DNA from: Girardia tigrina
Taxonomy: Eukaryota
NCBI GenBank assembly: GCA_001938485.1
Contig: MQRK01223772.1
Span: forward strand, 1-55,514
Direction: 5' to 3'
DNA: 55,514 bases
The notes beneath the pieces are model-generated. The model was not told where the DNA came from, did not search any database, and saw only the letters and a list, made by a program, of their open reading frames with translations. The position numbers were made by a program, and so were the translations under genes. Below, piece by piece: positions 26,152 through 39,042 of this stretch (position 1 is its first letter; each line of letters begins with the position of its first letter).

Positions 26152-27224
26152 TGATTCAAAACAGTCTTCTGTCAATCTCATCTTAAGTCATTCATAATAA
26201 AATCTATTTATGTCTTTTTTAACTTCAAACTTTCCTTATGTACTTGTTCTTTGAGAGAATCAAATGTAAGTCCTTAGCAGGAGGAGCAACTTATTCAGCC
26301 TATAATCTTCTCTCCGTGATTTGTACAAGGTTAGACCGAATAACATGTACACATCCTTATTCGTGTTAAATAGATTAGTTTTCAGGTTTTTATACATTTT
26401 TTACAATATATCTTCGTAAGTGTGGATATTCTAGCTTTAAATATATTAATTGATTGTATTTGGTAGATCTTTTTGCACAAGTCTCTTTGTATATTTGTAA
26501 CAATTAATTTTCAGTTTTAAGGGTGCTATTCTCATAGATCTATGGATGACCCCTCTTTATTTAGATTCATTGAAAACTTTGATTTGTAAACAAGTACTTA
26601 ATGGAAGACAAATTGAAGGTTTATTAAGGTTTATTATTTGTTTTATCTTTTCTTTCTTATCCAAGAAAATATAAAATAATATTATTACTATTAATGTAAA
26701 AAAACAAACAAAAATCATTCTACAAAAAAACTTTTAATGATTATATCTTTTGTAAATTGAAAACATTGTGAAATGAACAAAAAATAAATTGACTGTTCGA
26801 AAATTTAAATTACAAATTCATTTCCATTTTTTTATACAATGAAAACAAAAAATTATTACAAATTGCTTTTCAAGATTAATTCTCGTACCTCATTCATAAT
26901 TTTTCAAACAGAAAAGAATCTTTTGTTTCAAGTTTAGATTTAATAGCGTAAAATCCTTTAGGTAAAAATTGTGTTAATTTTCTTTTTTTCAAAAATATTT
27001 GATGTAAAAATATTCTAATATTTGTAATAGTNNNNNNNNNNNNNNNNNNNNNNNNNNNNNNNNNNNNNNNNNNNNNNNNNNNNNNNNNNNNNNNNNNNNN
27101 NNNNNNNNNNNNNNNNNNNNNNNNNNNNNNNNNNNNNNNNNNNNNNNNNNNNNNNNNNNNNNNNNNNNNNNNNNNNNNNNNNNNNNNGTTTGTTAGTTGT
27201 ACGGTCACGCTTTTAAATTTTGCT

Positions 27225-27640
27225 GCGAGGAATATTTGGTGTTTTGATGTTTTTTGTGTAGTGTTTGCATGTTTAAATGTTGTGTGTTGATTTGGGATTG
27301 TGCCTCTCCTAATCAGATGAATGATTAATAGTTTAATTCTTATAATATAAAACTAATTTAATTAAATTTATTTTTAATATTCAAATTTTTAATTTTTATT
27401 ATTGTAAATTTTAAATATTTTTGTTGCTTTTTTTGTAAATATTTGAATAATTAAAATCAAATTAATGTTTAAAAATGATTATAAAAAGTAATTTTATTTT
27501 CGCAAATAAAATTAAAATTAAATATTTCAAATAAAATAATTTTTTCAAGTTAGTTCAGATTGGGATGAGAAGTATTAAACATTGAGTGATGGATTTAAGT
27601 AAAAGCAATACTATTGATTGTCAAAGAGATGATCAAAATT
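27225..27640 (+). repeat. Interspersed repeat, copy 1 (inverted copy at ~42245-42690)
   Basis: GAGGAATATTTGGTGT...GTGTTTGCATGT...TTCAAGTTAGTTCAGATTGGGA...AAGTATTAAACATTGAGTGATG is found reverse-complemented near 42.3-42.7 kb. Confidence 0.85.
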
Positions 27641-29419
27641 GTGAATGTAATAAATGTTCTATCAAAGAAGCAGAGTGAATCCATTTAGGGAAGTAGTCAA
27701 TCTGGATAGCCTGCATCAATACAATTCTGTGGGTACAGCACCTTCGCCGAAAGACACCCGGAAGCCGACGAAATCGATCGAAAACAGTACAAGTCGTTAA
27801 ATGGTTAAATTAACACTGATTTCGAATAATGACGATTTTCATGATTCCTTTACGGAATTTCGTGAAATTCTTTTTTGAAAATACTAATAAAATATTAATT
27901 TATTTGATAAATGACGATATCTATCACTCATTTACTAAGTATATTGCTAAAAATTAATTTTGCATAAATTAAAAATTTTCGGTATTAATAAATAATAAAA
28001 CATTTCCTTTATAAATAAGTTTTTTAATTAATAATGCAAATCTAAAATTTTTAACGGTGAATATTTAAGAAATGAAAGCTCTATTGATCTATATGTGTGT
28101 CTGTAATGCTCAATGTAAACAATCAATTAAAATTTTTATGAAAATACTAATAAAATACTAATTTATTCGACGAATTGCGATTTTGATCACTTATTTACTA
28201 ATTATATTTCTAAAAATCAATTTAGGTTAAATTTGCAAAATTTCGTTATCATCTGATTCACGGTTTGTCGGTCAAGCTCAAATTTTACTATGATCATATA
28301 CATGCTGATAAAATGCAAAATAGTAGAAGAACAGTGAATGCGCGTAAAATTGAGGTAAATCTGCACAGTCATCATTGAGACGGTTCTGTCTGTACAGCGC
28401 CTTCGCCGAAATACGCCGGGAGCCGACTTAATTGACTGACTGTTAAATCAATACGGAATTCCAAACAATAAATAATAAATTATAATTACTACGATTTAAA
28501 AATTAAAGCAGAAACTTTCAAAGACGAAAACTCAGCTCATCAGTCATATATGACGCTTTCCTTTTCTAGTTATATTATATTATATTATATTATATAAGTT
28601 TCAAAATTATATATTTTATATTTTTTAACAACGAAAAATAACCCAACTTCAGAACAAATGAATATTTATGTTTCTTCATCAATATATATTGCCTTTTATT
28701 TTATTGCTTTCTTTGAGAAGTTTTCCGGTATTTTATATATTATTTTACTGACAAAGAAACTTCTTTGGCTTCAATTGTTTACTTTTTCCGGATTGTTTTT
28801 TACTCTTTTGATAGTGATAAATCATTTAGAATTTACTTTAAGAGAAAAAAACTTGGTTACTTTGATATTTATTGGAAACTGTAAGATTACAGATTATCAG
28901 TCACTTTTGATAACCGGAATGTTTTTTTGTTTTAATGGATCATTTCTCAAAAATGATCATAAATTACTCAGAGATAAATCAAACAATTAATTTAGTCAAT
29001 CGAAACACGATTCCCTCCCATAAATAAGTTTTGGATGACTTTAAGGAGTTTCGTAGGAATAAAACAATAAATTATATTTGTATCATATTTTTATAATTAC
29101 CCATGAAAAAGAGAATATTAAATTTAGTTAGCAAAATTTTCTAAAATAGTTTCGGTAAATTAAATAAGTAGCATTTATATTTAATATTTTTTTAGTAAAA
29201 TAAAATTTTTTATTTTATTTTTGAAAGTAAAATGAAAATTGAGAAAAAAATAAAAATCAAAAATATTAATGAAAACTAAATAATAATAATTACCATTATT
29301 ATTATAAATAATTATAAATCATTAAAAAAAATCGAGAACAGTTTGTCTATTGTAAAGTAATCTGAATTACAAATGTAATTGTCATGAGTGTTAAAAGTCA
29401 TACCGGAAATCACAGGACA

Positions 29420-30320
29420 CAGTGGGCCTCCCATCTCTTTCGAATGGTATTGAGCCAGTAGGCTCTTTAGAGGGTCCACCCAAACTAAAGAGTGCTAGCT
29501 GCCCACCGATAGGCCTCCTACGGGGACGGAGTGCTTCAGTCTCTGAAATTTCTTGGGCTTCCCTGTTGCAAATGACCTATCATGAATTGTGGTACCATGA
29601 TTGAGCATCCCCTTGGCTGTATTGATGGACTTTGTACAGCCGCGAAAGGGACATTTGAACTTTCCCCTCGCATTTGGATCTACAATCCTAAAAGACAAAT
29701 GTGTATCTTCGGGATAAGTCGTTTGCTCCACCACCGTTGAAATAGTCGGGGTGACTGTTGCTTGCTGAAAATTGGTCGTTTGGATAAGTGTGGGTTCTTC
29801 GTCTCTGTCTGGATTGTCGCTTCTTCTATTGGATTGCACTGATGATTTTGTCGGATATTCATTGATATTCTCCCTCGCTTCTATTCGATGATCTTTACCC
29901 AGATGCCTAGTGAACCATCCTTTCGTTTTGTAACCTTTGCTGCATTTGGTACATTTAAACGGTTTTTCATCTTCTGGGAGCTGAAGTGGGATGCTTACTG
30001 TGGATTCCGTGTGATCCCACTTGAGACGTCTATTTAGCTCCTTTTGTTCGGCGAACTCCTTAAAGCAATCTTCTAACGTACATTGAAAGAGTTTATCTCT
30101 CTCATTGAGTAATTTTGGCAGATCGGCTCTTGTTCTGTTTGCTTCCCTTCTCTTATTAAGGAGTTGATGTATTGTCCTCTTTCTATTGTGGGGTCTCTGT
30201 GGACAATGTGATGTATGAAGTCTTCATACTTTGCACTATCCCCAAAGAGCCACTGTATATCCACTCTGAGGCATAGGACACAGTAATATTTTTCGCACTC
30301 AGTCCTTGTTTTATTCAAAG
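29420..30320 (-). pseudogene. Multi-C2H2 zinc-finger ORF remnant, probably the 5' part of an RLE-type (R2/NeSL-like) non-LTR element
   Basis: One reading frame gives FQCTLEDCFKEFAEQKELNRRLKWDH, FKCTKCSKGYKTKGWFTRHLGKDH and FKCPFRGCTKSINTAKGMLNHGTTIH. An upstream frameshifted segment gives YCVLC...HHIVH. No RT is seen. Confidence 0.55.
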
Positions 30321-30391
30321 CGAAGATTGCTATCCCATAAGTTTAGTCATGTCGTTTAACCTATGAAAAGGACACTAGTTTTCAGAAAACA

Positions 30392-31686
30392 TCTTGTGAA
30401 GGTGAGTCATACATTCTAACTTTAAATCTCTATAACCCAACATAAATTCACAAATTACAAAAAACTAATCAATTAGACTGTTGTTTGAATAAATTAAAAT
30501 AAAATTCATTTTAGTATTCATTTATAAATTTCATTTTTCATGAATATGTTGTCAGAAACAGGAAGTCGCGAATTAATTATTCGTTTATTTCAAGAAAATC
30601 CACAATCAAGTCAGAAAACAATTGCCAGAAAGGCAAAGGTTTGCCAGAAAACAGTTTCTAACGTTATTAAAAACGTCAATAACAACTTGAACGTTTGTAG
30701 AAAAATTGGATTGAGAAGAAGAAAGGATTTTTCATGTACACAGAATGTGAAGAAAGTAAAGGCTATGTTAGAGTGAAATCCTCGTCTATCAAATCGAAAA
30801 CTGGCGGTAAAGGCAAATTGTAGCGAGAAAACAGTTAGGAAAATTAAACAGTCTGTGGGTTTAAAAACGTATAAAGTTCAAGCAGTACCACAGCGAAACG
30901 CTAACGAGAACGTAATGGCGCAGCAGCGAACCAGAAAATTAAAATCTGGTTTTCTTGTGAAGAAAAAAGGTTGCATTATGGATGATGAGACTTATATGCT
31001 ATGTGAGCTTTCCCAGCTACCCGGACAAGAATTTTACTCTGCAACTAAGAGAGGATGAGTTGAAGAAAAATTTAGAAGCAAGAAAAAATATAAGTTTCCC
31101 TAAACATTTCTTGTTTGGCAGGCTATATGTGGATACGGGAAAAGGAGTAAATGCTTTGTCACATCTGGCACAATTAACACAGACGTCTATATGAATGATT
31201 GCTTGCAAAAGCGTTTTTATCATTCCTAAGTCAGCATGGAGGTCTTACTTTCTTTTGGAAGAATATTGCATCGTGTCCCTATGGTAAGGCAGCCAAGAAG
31301 TGGTACGAAGACAATAATATCGATTTGGTGGAAAGAGAGTCAAATCCATCAAATTGTCCAGAGCTTCGCCCTGTCGAAAGATATTGGGCCCTGGTAAAAA
31401 GGCAATTAAAGACGACAAACAAGAGGGTACAGACATTTGCAGATTTTCGGAACAAGTGGAATAATGGAGCAAAAAACGTGACAGAAACTACAATTGCAAG
31501 TCTAATGGCAGGCATTCCGGAAAAACTCGCAGAATGTATTAAAAAATATACATATTCTTTCTTAGCTCAATAAAATTATATTGAATGAAACACATTTTTA
31601 AAAACAGTCGGTTTTCTTTCAATCAAAAAAATGATTTTGACGATCGACGATTTTCAAGTTAGTAATATTTTTCGCACACAGTCCTT
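30392..31686 (+). mobile_element. ITmD37E/DD37E transposon, frameshifted, left TIR missing
   Basis: HTH at 30540, IMDDETY, and FWKNIASCPY...NCPELRPVERYW with 37 residues between the second D position and the E. Right end TCGCACACAGTCCTT. Confidence 0.85.
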
Positions 31687-31695
31687 CAGAAAACA

Positions 31696-32450
31696 AAGCT
31701 GCGAGTCTGGTAGGACATGAAGTTTTTAAACGTCCTACTGATTCCGGTTATACAGAAATGAAACTCGGAAGGTTAAAACTGCGGACATGGAAACTACACA
31801 AATTGAATGACAAAAAAATATCATCAATAAAACGATCCTATAAACAACGGAAACAGAAACATGTGTTCTAATAGAGACGCCTTGATGGGGAACAGAAACT
31901 ACCTAATTCAAACATTGGAAAAATCTCTACAGCAGCAGTACGATTTGAGCGTGGAGATAAGGAAAAGTTGTACTGATGATAAAAAAGAAAGGAATGACAA
32001 AAGTGAACTTTATTACATTACATAAGCAACGTTTTGTGTGTAAATACATCAGATTCATTTATATGTCAAATGTATGACTGTTGTCAAAGTTATAAAACTA
32101 ATGGATGGTTAACAAAGCATTTGATCAAAGATCATAGGCTAGGAATGCAGAATGAAAGTAGAATGGTAGGACAGAGTGACTTAATCCCGTGATTGAGGAG
32201 GTCTTACTTGTGTTTGTATCTTATGAAAAGGAAGAAAGTTTGAATTTTTGAAAGCCTTCAGGTTGATAGACGTGAAAACAAGAGCGACATTTTCATGTTA
32301 TTTCCTAATTGTACCACTGTTATATCAGCAAAAAGATTGCAAAATCATGAATAAAGGGAGCAAAACCATTTTTTATACTTGGTATGTCCAAAACGAACCA
32401 GAACTCAGAAAATTTCTTAGATCTACATCCGTTGGCCGTGTGACATGACC
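31696..32450 (+). mobile_element. Highly decayed 5' region of a LINE (APE endonuclease-like)
   Basis: MKLGRLKLRTWK...CVLIETP*WG loosely resembles an APE N-terminus. A GTAGGAC/GTCCTAC hairpin lies upstream. Confidence 0.3.
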
Positions 32451-32810
32451 ATAATGAACTTTGAATCTGAAGGTTTTATCCGATACTTTGTACCATCGAC
32501 AGCCTAAATACTTAAAATCTCTTTTTCAATGAAGAAACATTTTCCAATATTATTAATAATAATTTTATTTTACAATTTTCGGTTTTCATTTTTGAAATGA
32601 TGTACACCACCATAAAAAATTGCGATATATAATGACTAATTTTAAAACGAGCTTTAAGTAAAATATATTGCAGAAATTTTCCTTTTTATTAATTACATTT
32701 ATCGAAATTAAATTTTCGGTTCTAAATCCTATTTAAGAAAAGTTTAATTATATTGATTAACTTACAAAAGATCTAAATATTATGTTTATATATTATTATA
32801 TCAAATTTTA

Positions 32811-32863
32811 TTGTCGCAATATATTTCGGTTAATTTCCCACCATCTTCAGGCTAAATTAACAA
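32811..32863 (-). ncRNA. Hammerhead ribozyme, family A (stem II weakened)
   Basis: Reverse complement CTGAAGA-T-GGTGG GAAAT TAACC-GAAA-TATA-TT-GCGACAA. Confidence 0.6.
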
Positions 32864-33087
32864 CAATTTCGCTGTCTTATATAGCAAATTGATGATTATG
32901 CAAACATCTTGCGTAATAACTAATTAAATGTTTTCAACTAAGAGGAAAAGAGACTTGTTTGGATATTAATGGACGGATTAAGTGATTTAATCAATAATGC
33001 CTCACAAGTAACTCTTTCCCAATAATTTTTAAAATTACTGCACAATATTTTAAAATTAGATAAAAATTGTTAAAATTTGCAAAATTG

Positions 33088-33140
33088 TTGTTAATTCAGC
33101 CTGAAGATGGTGGAAAATCCACCGAAATATATTGCGACAA
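33088..33140 (+). ncRNA. Hammerhead ribozyme, family A (intact)
   Basis: TTGTT.AATTCA.GC-CTGAAGA-T-GGTGG AAAAT CCACC-GAAA-TATA-TT-GC.GACAA. Perfect stem II, and stem I has an internal loop. Confidence 0.85.
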
Positions 33141-35054
33141 TAAAATTTTATTTTAATGGCGTTCTTGATTTTAATAAAAATTGGACATTATTTTTTAAAT
33201 TTAATATTATTATTTGTCTATAAATAACATGAATGAATTAAAGATTTGTTTCATGTTTGAAACGTTAATAAATATAATCATCATCAATTTAAGTATGTTT
33301 TCCATTTACAATAATTTATAATCAAATTCTAATTTTTCAGATTATAATTTTCCTTGTAAAACGAGGCTAACTGTCCGCTAATAATATAATTAATATACAA
33401 AAAATAACATTTCTGTAGATTTACTCTTTCACCAAACTGGTAGAGCTTCATTTAATAAAATGAATACATACAAATCATAACGAAAAATCGCTAATTAATA
33501 CTTAATTTAAAATTATATTTAAATTAAAATTTTCAAATTATAAACCCACAGAAAATAAACTTTGTTTTTTAAATGTTAATGATAATAATGTCTAATAAAA
33601 CATTTTTGGTAAATTTAATTAAAATTTTTAAAAATCATGACAAAAAAGATTATTACTAATAAAAGATTTTAATTAACAATTTAATTTAACAAAATTATTT
33701 TTTAATTTTTTTTACATGTCATATTTAGTTCGTTTGAATCTTTTATTATTCTTGGTAATCACAAAAAGATGTTGTGAAATCCTGCAAGTTTTTGGTATAT
33801 CCAAACTTATCCGAAAACCATTACTTTTATTATTGCCAAGAACATCCCTTCACAAATCAATTTTAAGAAACATTCAACGCACTTGAAAGATCTGAAATAA
33901 GCCCTTAAAAAACGGGAATGATACTATTTAATGAATATATAGAAAGACTCTTAATCCTTCCGTAAATATCCATATTTACGTCGAACAATTTTTTTTAATT
34001 ATATTTTCCCTTTACGTTATTTTTTTTACATTTTATATTAAGTCAAAATTTCATTGTTGACAGTTTATCTTTTCCTTGTGTGACCTCCTTCTGTTGACGC
34101 GAGTGTACTTGTGTTGTATATATTTTGTATGTATGTAATGGCGTTTCGAATGGCTCTCTGATACTTTTAGTTATGTGATTTCTCTACCTTTTCTTATCTT
34201 CATTTTTTATTTTGGTAACCTGTTTTCATAGAGGATTTACAAGATTTATTTTATTTGTTTAATTATTTATTGATGACTCTTAGAGAAAGTATTTCGTTGA
34301 AGATTTATTTTATTTATTTATTTTATTTATGTAGTTATTTCTTTCTTTTTTATTATTCTCTGTTTCCCGGCGTATTGTTTTGGAAACCTCAAACATCATT
34401 TGGCATCGTCATCATACCGCAGACGCTCGAATTATAATATTTGAATTCGGAATTGCTATAGGCAATTCCAAATTCAAATATGCAGTCAATAAATTGATTA
34501 AAAAATTAAACTACAATTATTATTACGCGTACGGTTATTATTATTACGCTGTTATTTATCTCATTAAATCAGAAGGAATGAACAAAAAGAAAAGAAACGA
34601 CTCATAGCTACAAAGTTTGATCCAAATTTTATTCTTGAACTACCAGTGAACGTTATACAACATCATATTCGTGGACTATACGACAATTTATCATATTGTG
34701 TTAACTGATTATTTATTTTCTTGCCATTTCCCCGGCCTGGATGATTAATTACCTATTACGTGAAATTTTGGTGGTATTGTGATCTACTCCGAGATTTTCA
34801 GATCTCGTGATTTTCACCGAGAGGTTATATATCTATATTTTTATCTTTATTTTATTAGAGTAGTTAGTTGTGATATTGTGTTAATAGTCGAAAGGTAGTG
34901 GTTTGTGTTACTAATGCATCTTTTTTCACTTTAACACTCGTTATTTTTGGTTGAATACTTAACATACTCTAAAGATCAGTTTATTGATACTTATTTTTTT
35001 TAATTTTCTTCATTCTATTGATAAAGTGATTTTTACACCTTCCAATCTAGGTTT

Positions 35055-36197
35055 TACCATTTTCTTTTCAAATTGGACATTTTTCCATAAATAATAAATA
35101 AAAATCTTTATTATTTTAAATCTATGGTAGATAAACTATCAAAACAAACTCAAAATAACCGACCAATTAAATACGGCAGCGTGTCTAATGAGAAAATACT
35201 TAGTATTATCAGGCTAGTTGAAGATCTTGGGCATTCGATTAAAGAAGCATTAAATTTTGGAGATAAATGCAAGGATTGCTCGGAATATCATAAGGTAGAA
35301 ATGATCCGAAAATAGAGTATTAAAAAATGCTGGATGTGTACGTAGAGTTGATATGAATCTTGAGATTTTCTTGAAAATCGAAGAATTATTATCGGAAAAT
35401 AATTTAACGACTTTAAAAGAGCTACAATTAAAAATCACTCAATCATTTAATACAAAAATTTCTTTATCTACAATCAACAAAGGAATTGGTGATATTTGGA
35501 TTACAAGGAAGCTCAGACACAAAGAACTTGATAGGGTAAATGCTGCCAAAAACATTGATCTTAGAAGAGAATAAGTTTTGCTGTTTAATAACTACTTTGA
35601 ATCTGGCTTTCTAAGATTTATTATATAAAAAAGGAACTAGAGTTAATTCCTTGGTGCGTACAACTCAAGGTAGATCAATGTCTTTGATTGCCGCTATGCC
35701 AATGAAGAAAATGAGTAATTATATAGTAATTATCAATACTACAGTAAATTCTAATGTTTTTGAAGAGTATTTAGAAGAGCTCTGCAATCATGTTTTAAAT
35801 GTTGAGAAAATACATAATGCATTTTTATATTGGACAGTGCAAGAGTTCATTCCCAGCAAAAATTGCAAAGTAAAACTGAAAAACATCATTTCTCATTCCA
35901 TTTTCTTTCTCCTTATTCATAATGTTGAATCCGATTGAAAATACATTTTCAAAAATAAAATCTGGTATTCGAGTTAAATTGGCTATTAATATTAACATTA
36001 ATTTGCCTGAAATGATTATGAATGAAGTTAGTCAAATAACAGAAAGTGACTGTGAGGGATACTTTAGAAATATGGCCAGAAATAATACAAATTCGGCAGC
36101 TGGAACACCTCACGTTCATAAATAAATTATTAATTGCAATTTTCTTTCTTTAAAAAAAGTATATTAAAAAATTTTGTCCAATTTGAAAAAAATGGTA
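35055..36197 (+). mobile_element. Tc1/IS630-like transposon, degenerate
   Basis: TIRs TACCATTTT(C)TTTTCAAATTGGACA. Frameshifted transposase TTLKELQ...ISLSTI, SLIAAM, MLNPIENTFSKIK. Confidence 0.85.
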
Positions 36198-37153
36198 TAT
36201 ATAGAAGGTATAAGTTTACTGCTAGTGAATCAACCTACAATAACCAGTGAATTATTTTTCCTTAACACTAACGACATTTATCTGACAATTTATCGACCCC
36301 CCAGACAAATTATTTTTATTCTCGCTAATAAATAGATTTACTGTATTAAGTCAATGTAGCAACAGTATAAATACTAACTATATCCTCAACATTATATTTC
36401 CAATGCAAATTATTATTATTGGTAACAATGACATTTAATCTGTGTCCAGCTTCATCTTACAATATAATAATTTTGCAGTGACATTCAATCGGTAGTTTTG
36501 TATCATTATTTTAGACCTCAATTTATTTATTCTTTCACGAGACCCATTAAAATATCTCACAAATTTCACAACAGATTGTAACTAATTTGTAAAGAAAATA
36601 TTGACTTTCCACAGTTGTTTATGGTATTTTCAATCTTACGGGGAGACGTATCCCAATGACGAATATTTGCTTAAAGAATATTTTATAATAAATTTGGTTT
36701 TGATTATTTTATTATTTAAGCAATTTTAATCTTATTTTAATCGTTTAAAATTTTAAAAATTGTTTACAATTGTTCTTTATTTTGAGTTTTATTTTTATAT
36801 TTATGCCAATGTATATTTTATTTTTCCCCATTTAAAGAAAGTAACAATATGCGTGTTTCAGAATTTATTATTTCGATGTTCGTAATAACCTTAACCCAAA
36901 CCCTTGCACTGATCGTAGACAAGACAGAATTGTCAGATAAACCAAACAATAATCTAAAATTGCTTCATTTTCTATTTTTTTAAATATTTAAATAAATAAA
37001 ATATAAACTATGAACAATTACAAAACTAAAATTAAAATATAACTTCAACGGAAAGAGGTTTTGTGAGGAGCTATTTAAATTAGTTCTCTGATCAAAATTT
37101 AAATGGTTTTAAAAATTTTTTTGAACTGATATCAAATTGAAAATTTTAAAAAT

Positions 37154-38031
37154 TACCCTGTTTTATGGTTATATGATGGCACCTTAGTAGATTTTAAAAG
37201 ACAAAATTTTATCCCGAAAGTACCTTAGTAAACAGTGGAACCTTAGTTAAAAGTGGCACCTTAGTAAAACGAAACAAAAATTAAAAAAAATATTTCCATC
37301 TTTTTCAATTATATTTTTTAATCATCATAATCTTCATCTTCGCTACCAAAATTATTTTCATCCAACAAAATATCAATGAGCTGCTCACGAATACCTTGAT
37401 CTTCATCTACCTCATCTTTAGATTCTTCAGATTCTTCATCGCTTTCCTCAATAACTACATCTTCATTCGGATAAACATTGATTGTGGTCTTTTTGAAGCC
37501 ATTTTGATGGTAGAAACTGGAACTGAATCCCACGACTCTGATATCCATTGACAAATCTCTTCGCATGAAGCTCTCTTCAAATTTATTGATTTCTTATATT
37601 GCTTATAACCATTAATCATCCAATTTTCTCAATGACGACGTAAATGAGCTTTAAATGATTTGTTGACACTGATATCAAAAAGTTGTAATTTTTTCGTTAA
37701 TCCACCTGGAATCATGGCCATTAAGGTTCCATTTGTAACAAATTTCGATTTGACTTCACAAGTTCGATGTCCAGGAGCAGAATCTAGCATAAGAAGTGAT
37801 TTTGGATTAAAAATTGCCATTCTTCTTCTCAACCATACTTTTTCAAACCACAGAAGAGAAGAAATTTTTAAAAAAGCATAAAAAAACATTATTAAAAAAA
37901 TTTATTAAAAAATTTAAAAAAGTATAAAAACATATAATAAGATGGCACTAAGAAGAGAAAACATAAAATTTCAGGGTCAAAAAAAAATTTAATAAGCAAG
38001 CAGTGGTACCTTATAACCATAAAACAGGTTA
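37154..38031 (-). mobile_element. pogo/Tigger-type transposon, internally deleted
   Basis: TIRs TACCCTGTTTTATGGTTATA / TATAACCATAAAACAGGTTA. DDE_1-type LLMLDSAPGH...IPGGLTKKLQLFDISVNKSFK and an acidic C-terminus. Confidence 0.85.
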
Positions 38032-39042
38032 AGTAGAAAAATAATTAAATATTTTAACTTAAAAATATTCTTTATAAATTAATTCGATTTATAATATTAG
38101 TTTAGTAAAAAAATAAATGGATTAAAAATAGATAACAGATTGTTGTAGAGAATGACAATGAATAACAAGTTCCTAAATTGTATTAAATAGAAAAAAATGC
38201 GTTTTTTGTAATAAACGGAATATTCAAACAAAATATAAAAATCGAATTAACAAGATTATTATTTTCTATTATCATCTCACTCCACACTGATAAAATAGTA
38301 TTTTAAAAATAATAATTTATTTGAATTATAGTAAATAAATTTTATTAAAATCTGAAAATTTATTTTTCAAATTTTGAAATCAACAAGGGATATGATTAAA
38401 AAATTAAATCTTTAAAACATTAAAATATTGAATATTAAATATACGTAAATTAATAGTTTTCTTAAATATTTTACAAATAAATTAAAAATTAAATATTATT
38501 TTGATTTGATTTAAAATAGATTTAAAATTATTGGAAAATAGATCGGCGGTTTGATTACAAATTTAGGAATAATAGAAAATTGTGTTTTAATAATTGTTAT
38601 TAATAAAATATAAATTGTGTTAAAATGACTTCAGATATTGACGTTACAAATACATCTCACAACTTAAAAAGAAATCGATTGATCATACGAAGAATAAATC
38701 AGTTTATCAATAAATAATCACGCAAAAATAAAGTTATTTTGTTCGAATTGAAAACTAGTTTAATTATTATTTCGTAGAGTGTAATTGAAGCGATCGTTTG
38801 AGAAAACAGAAAAGAATAAATTTTTGTTAGTGTTCTTTTGTAAAAGGTTTTTTTAGAATGAATATCTGAATAGAGTGATTTCGTGAATAAATTGTGAGTA
38901 AATTTCGTGAATAAATTTTATATGAATAGAAAATTTCATCAATTATTGTAAAATTTTATATTTTTTATATTTTTATTTTCTTCTTTTTTTCTTTCATTAG
39001 ACAAGCTTAATTTTTTCTTTGGTTGGGAAAAATAACTTTATA

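Larger units (their letters stand above)
32800..33180. mobile_element. Penelope-like pLTR pair in inverted orientation
   Basis: 32800-33057 is the reverse complement of ~16395-16650. 33080-33180 is a forward copy of ~16580-16680. Confidence 0.85.

Noticed and set aside
25330-26600. Old Penelope-like remnant on the minus strand
   Set aside because: Only faint motif traces (GVIHRSMRIA). Too decayed to support a call.
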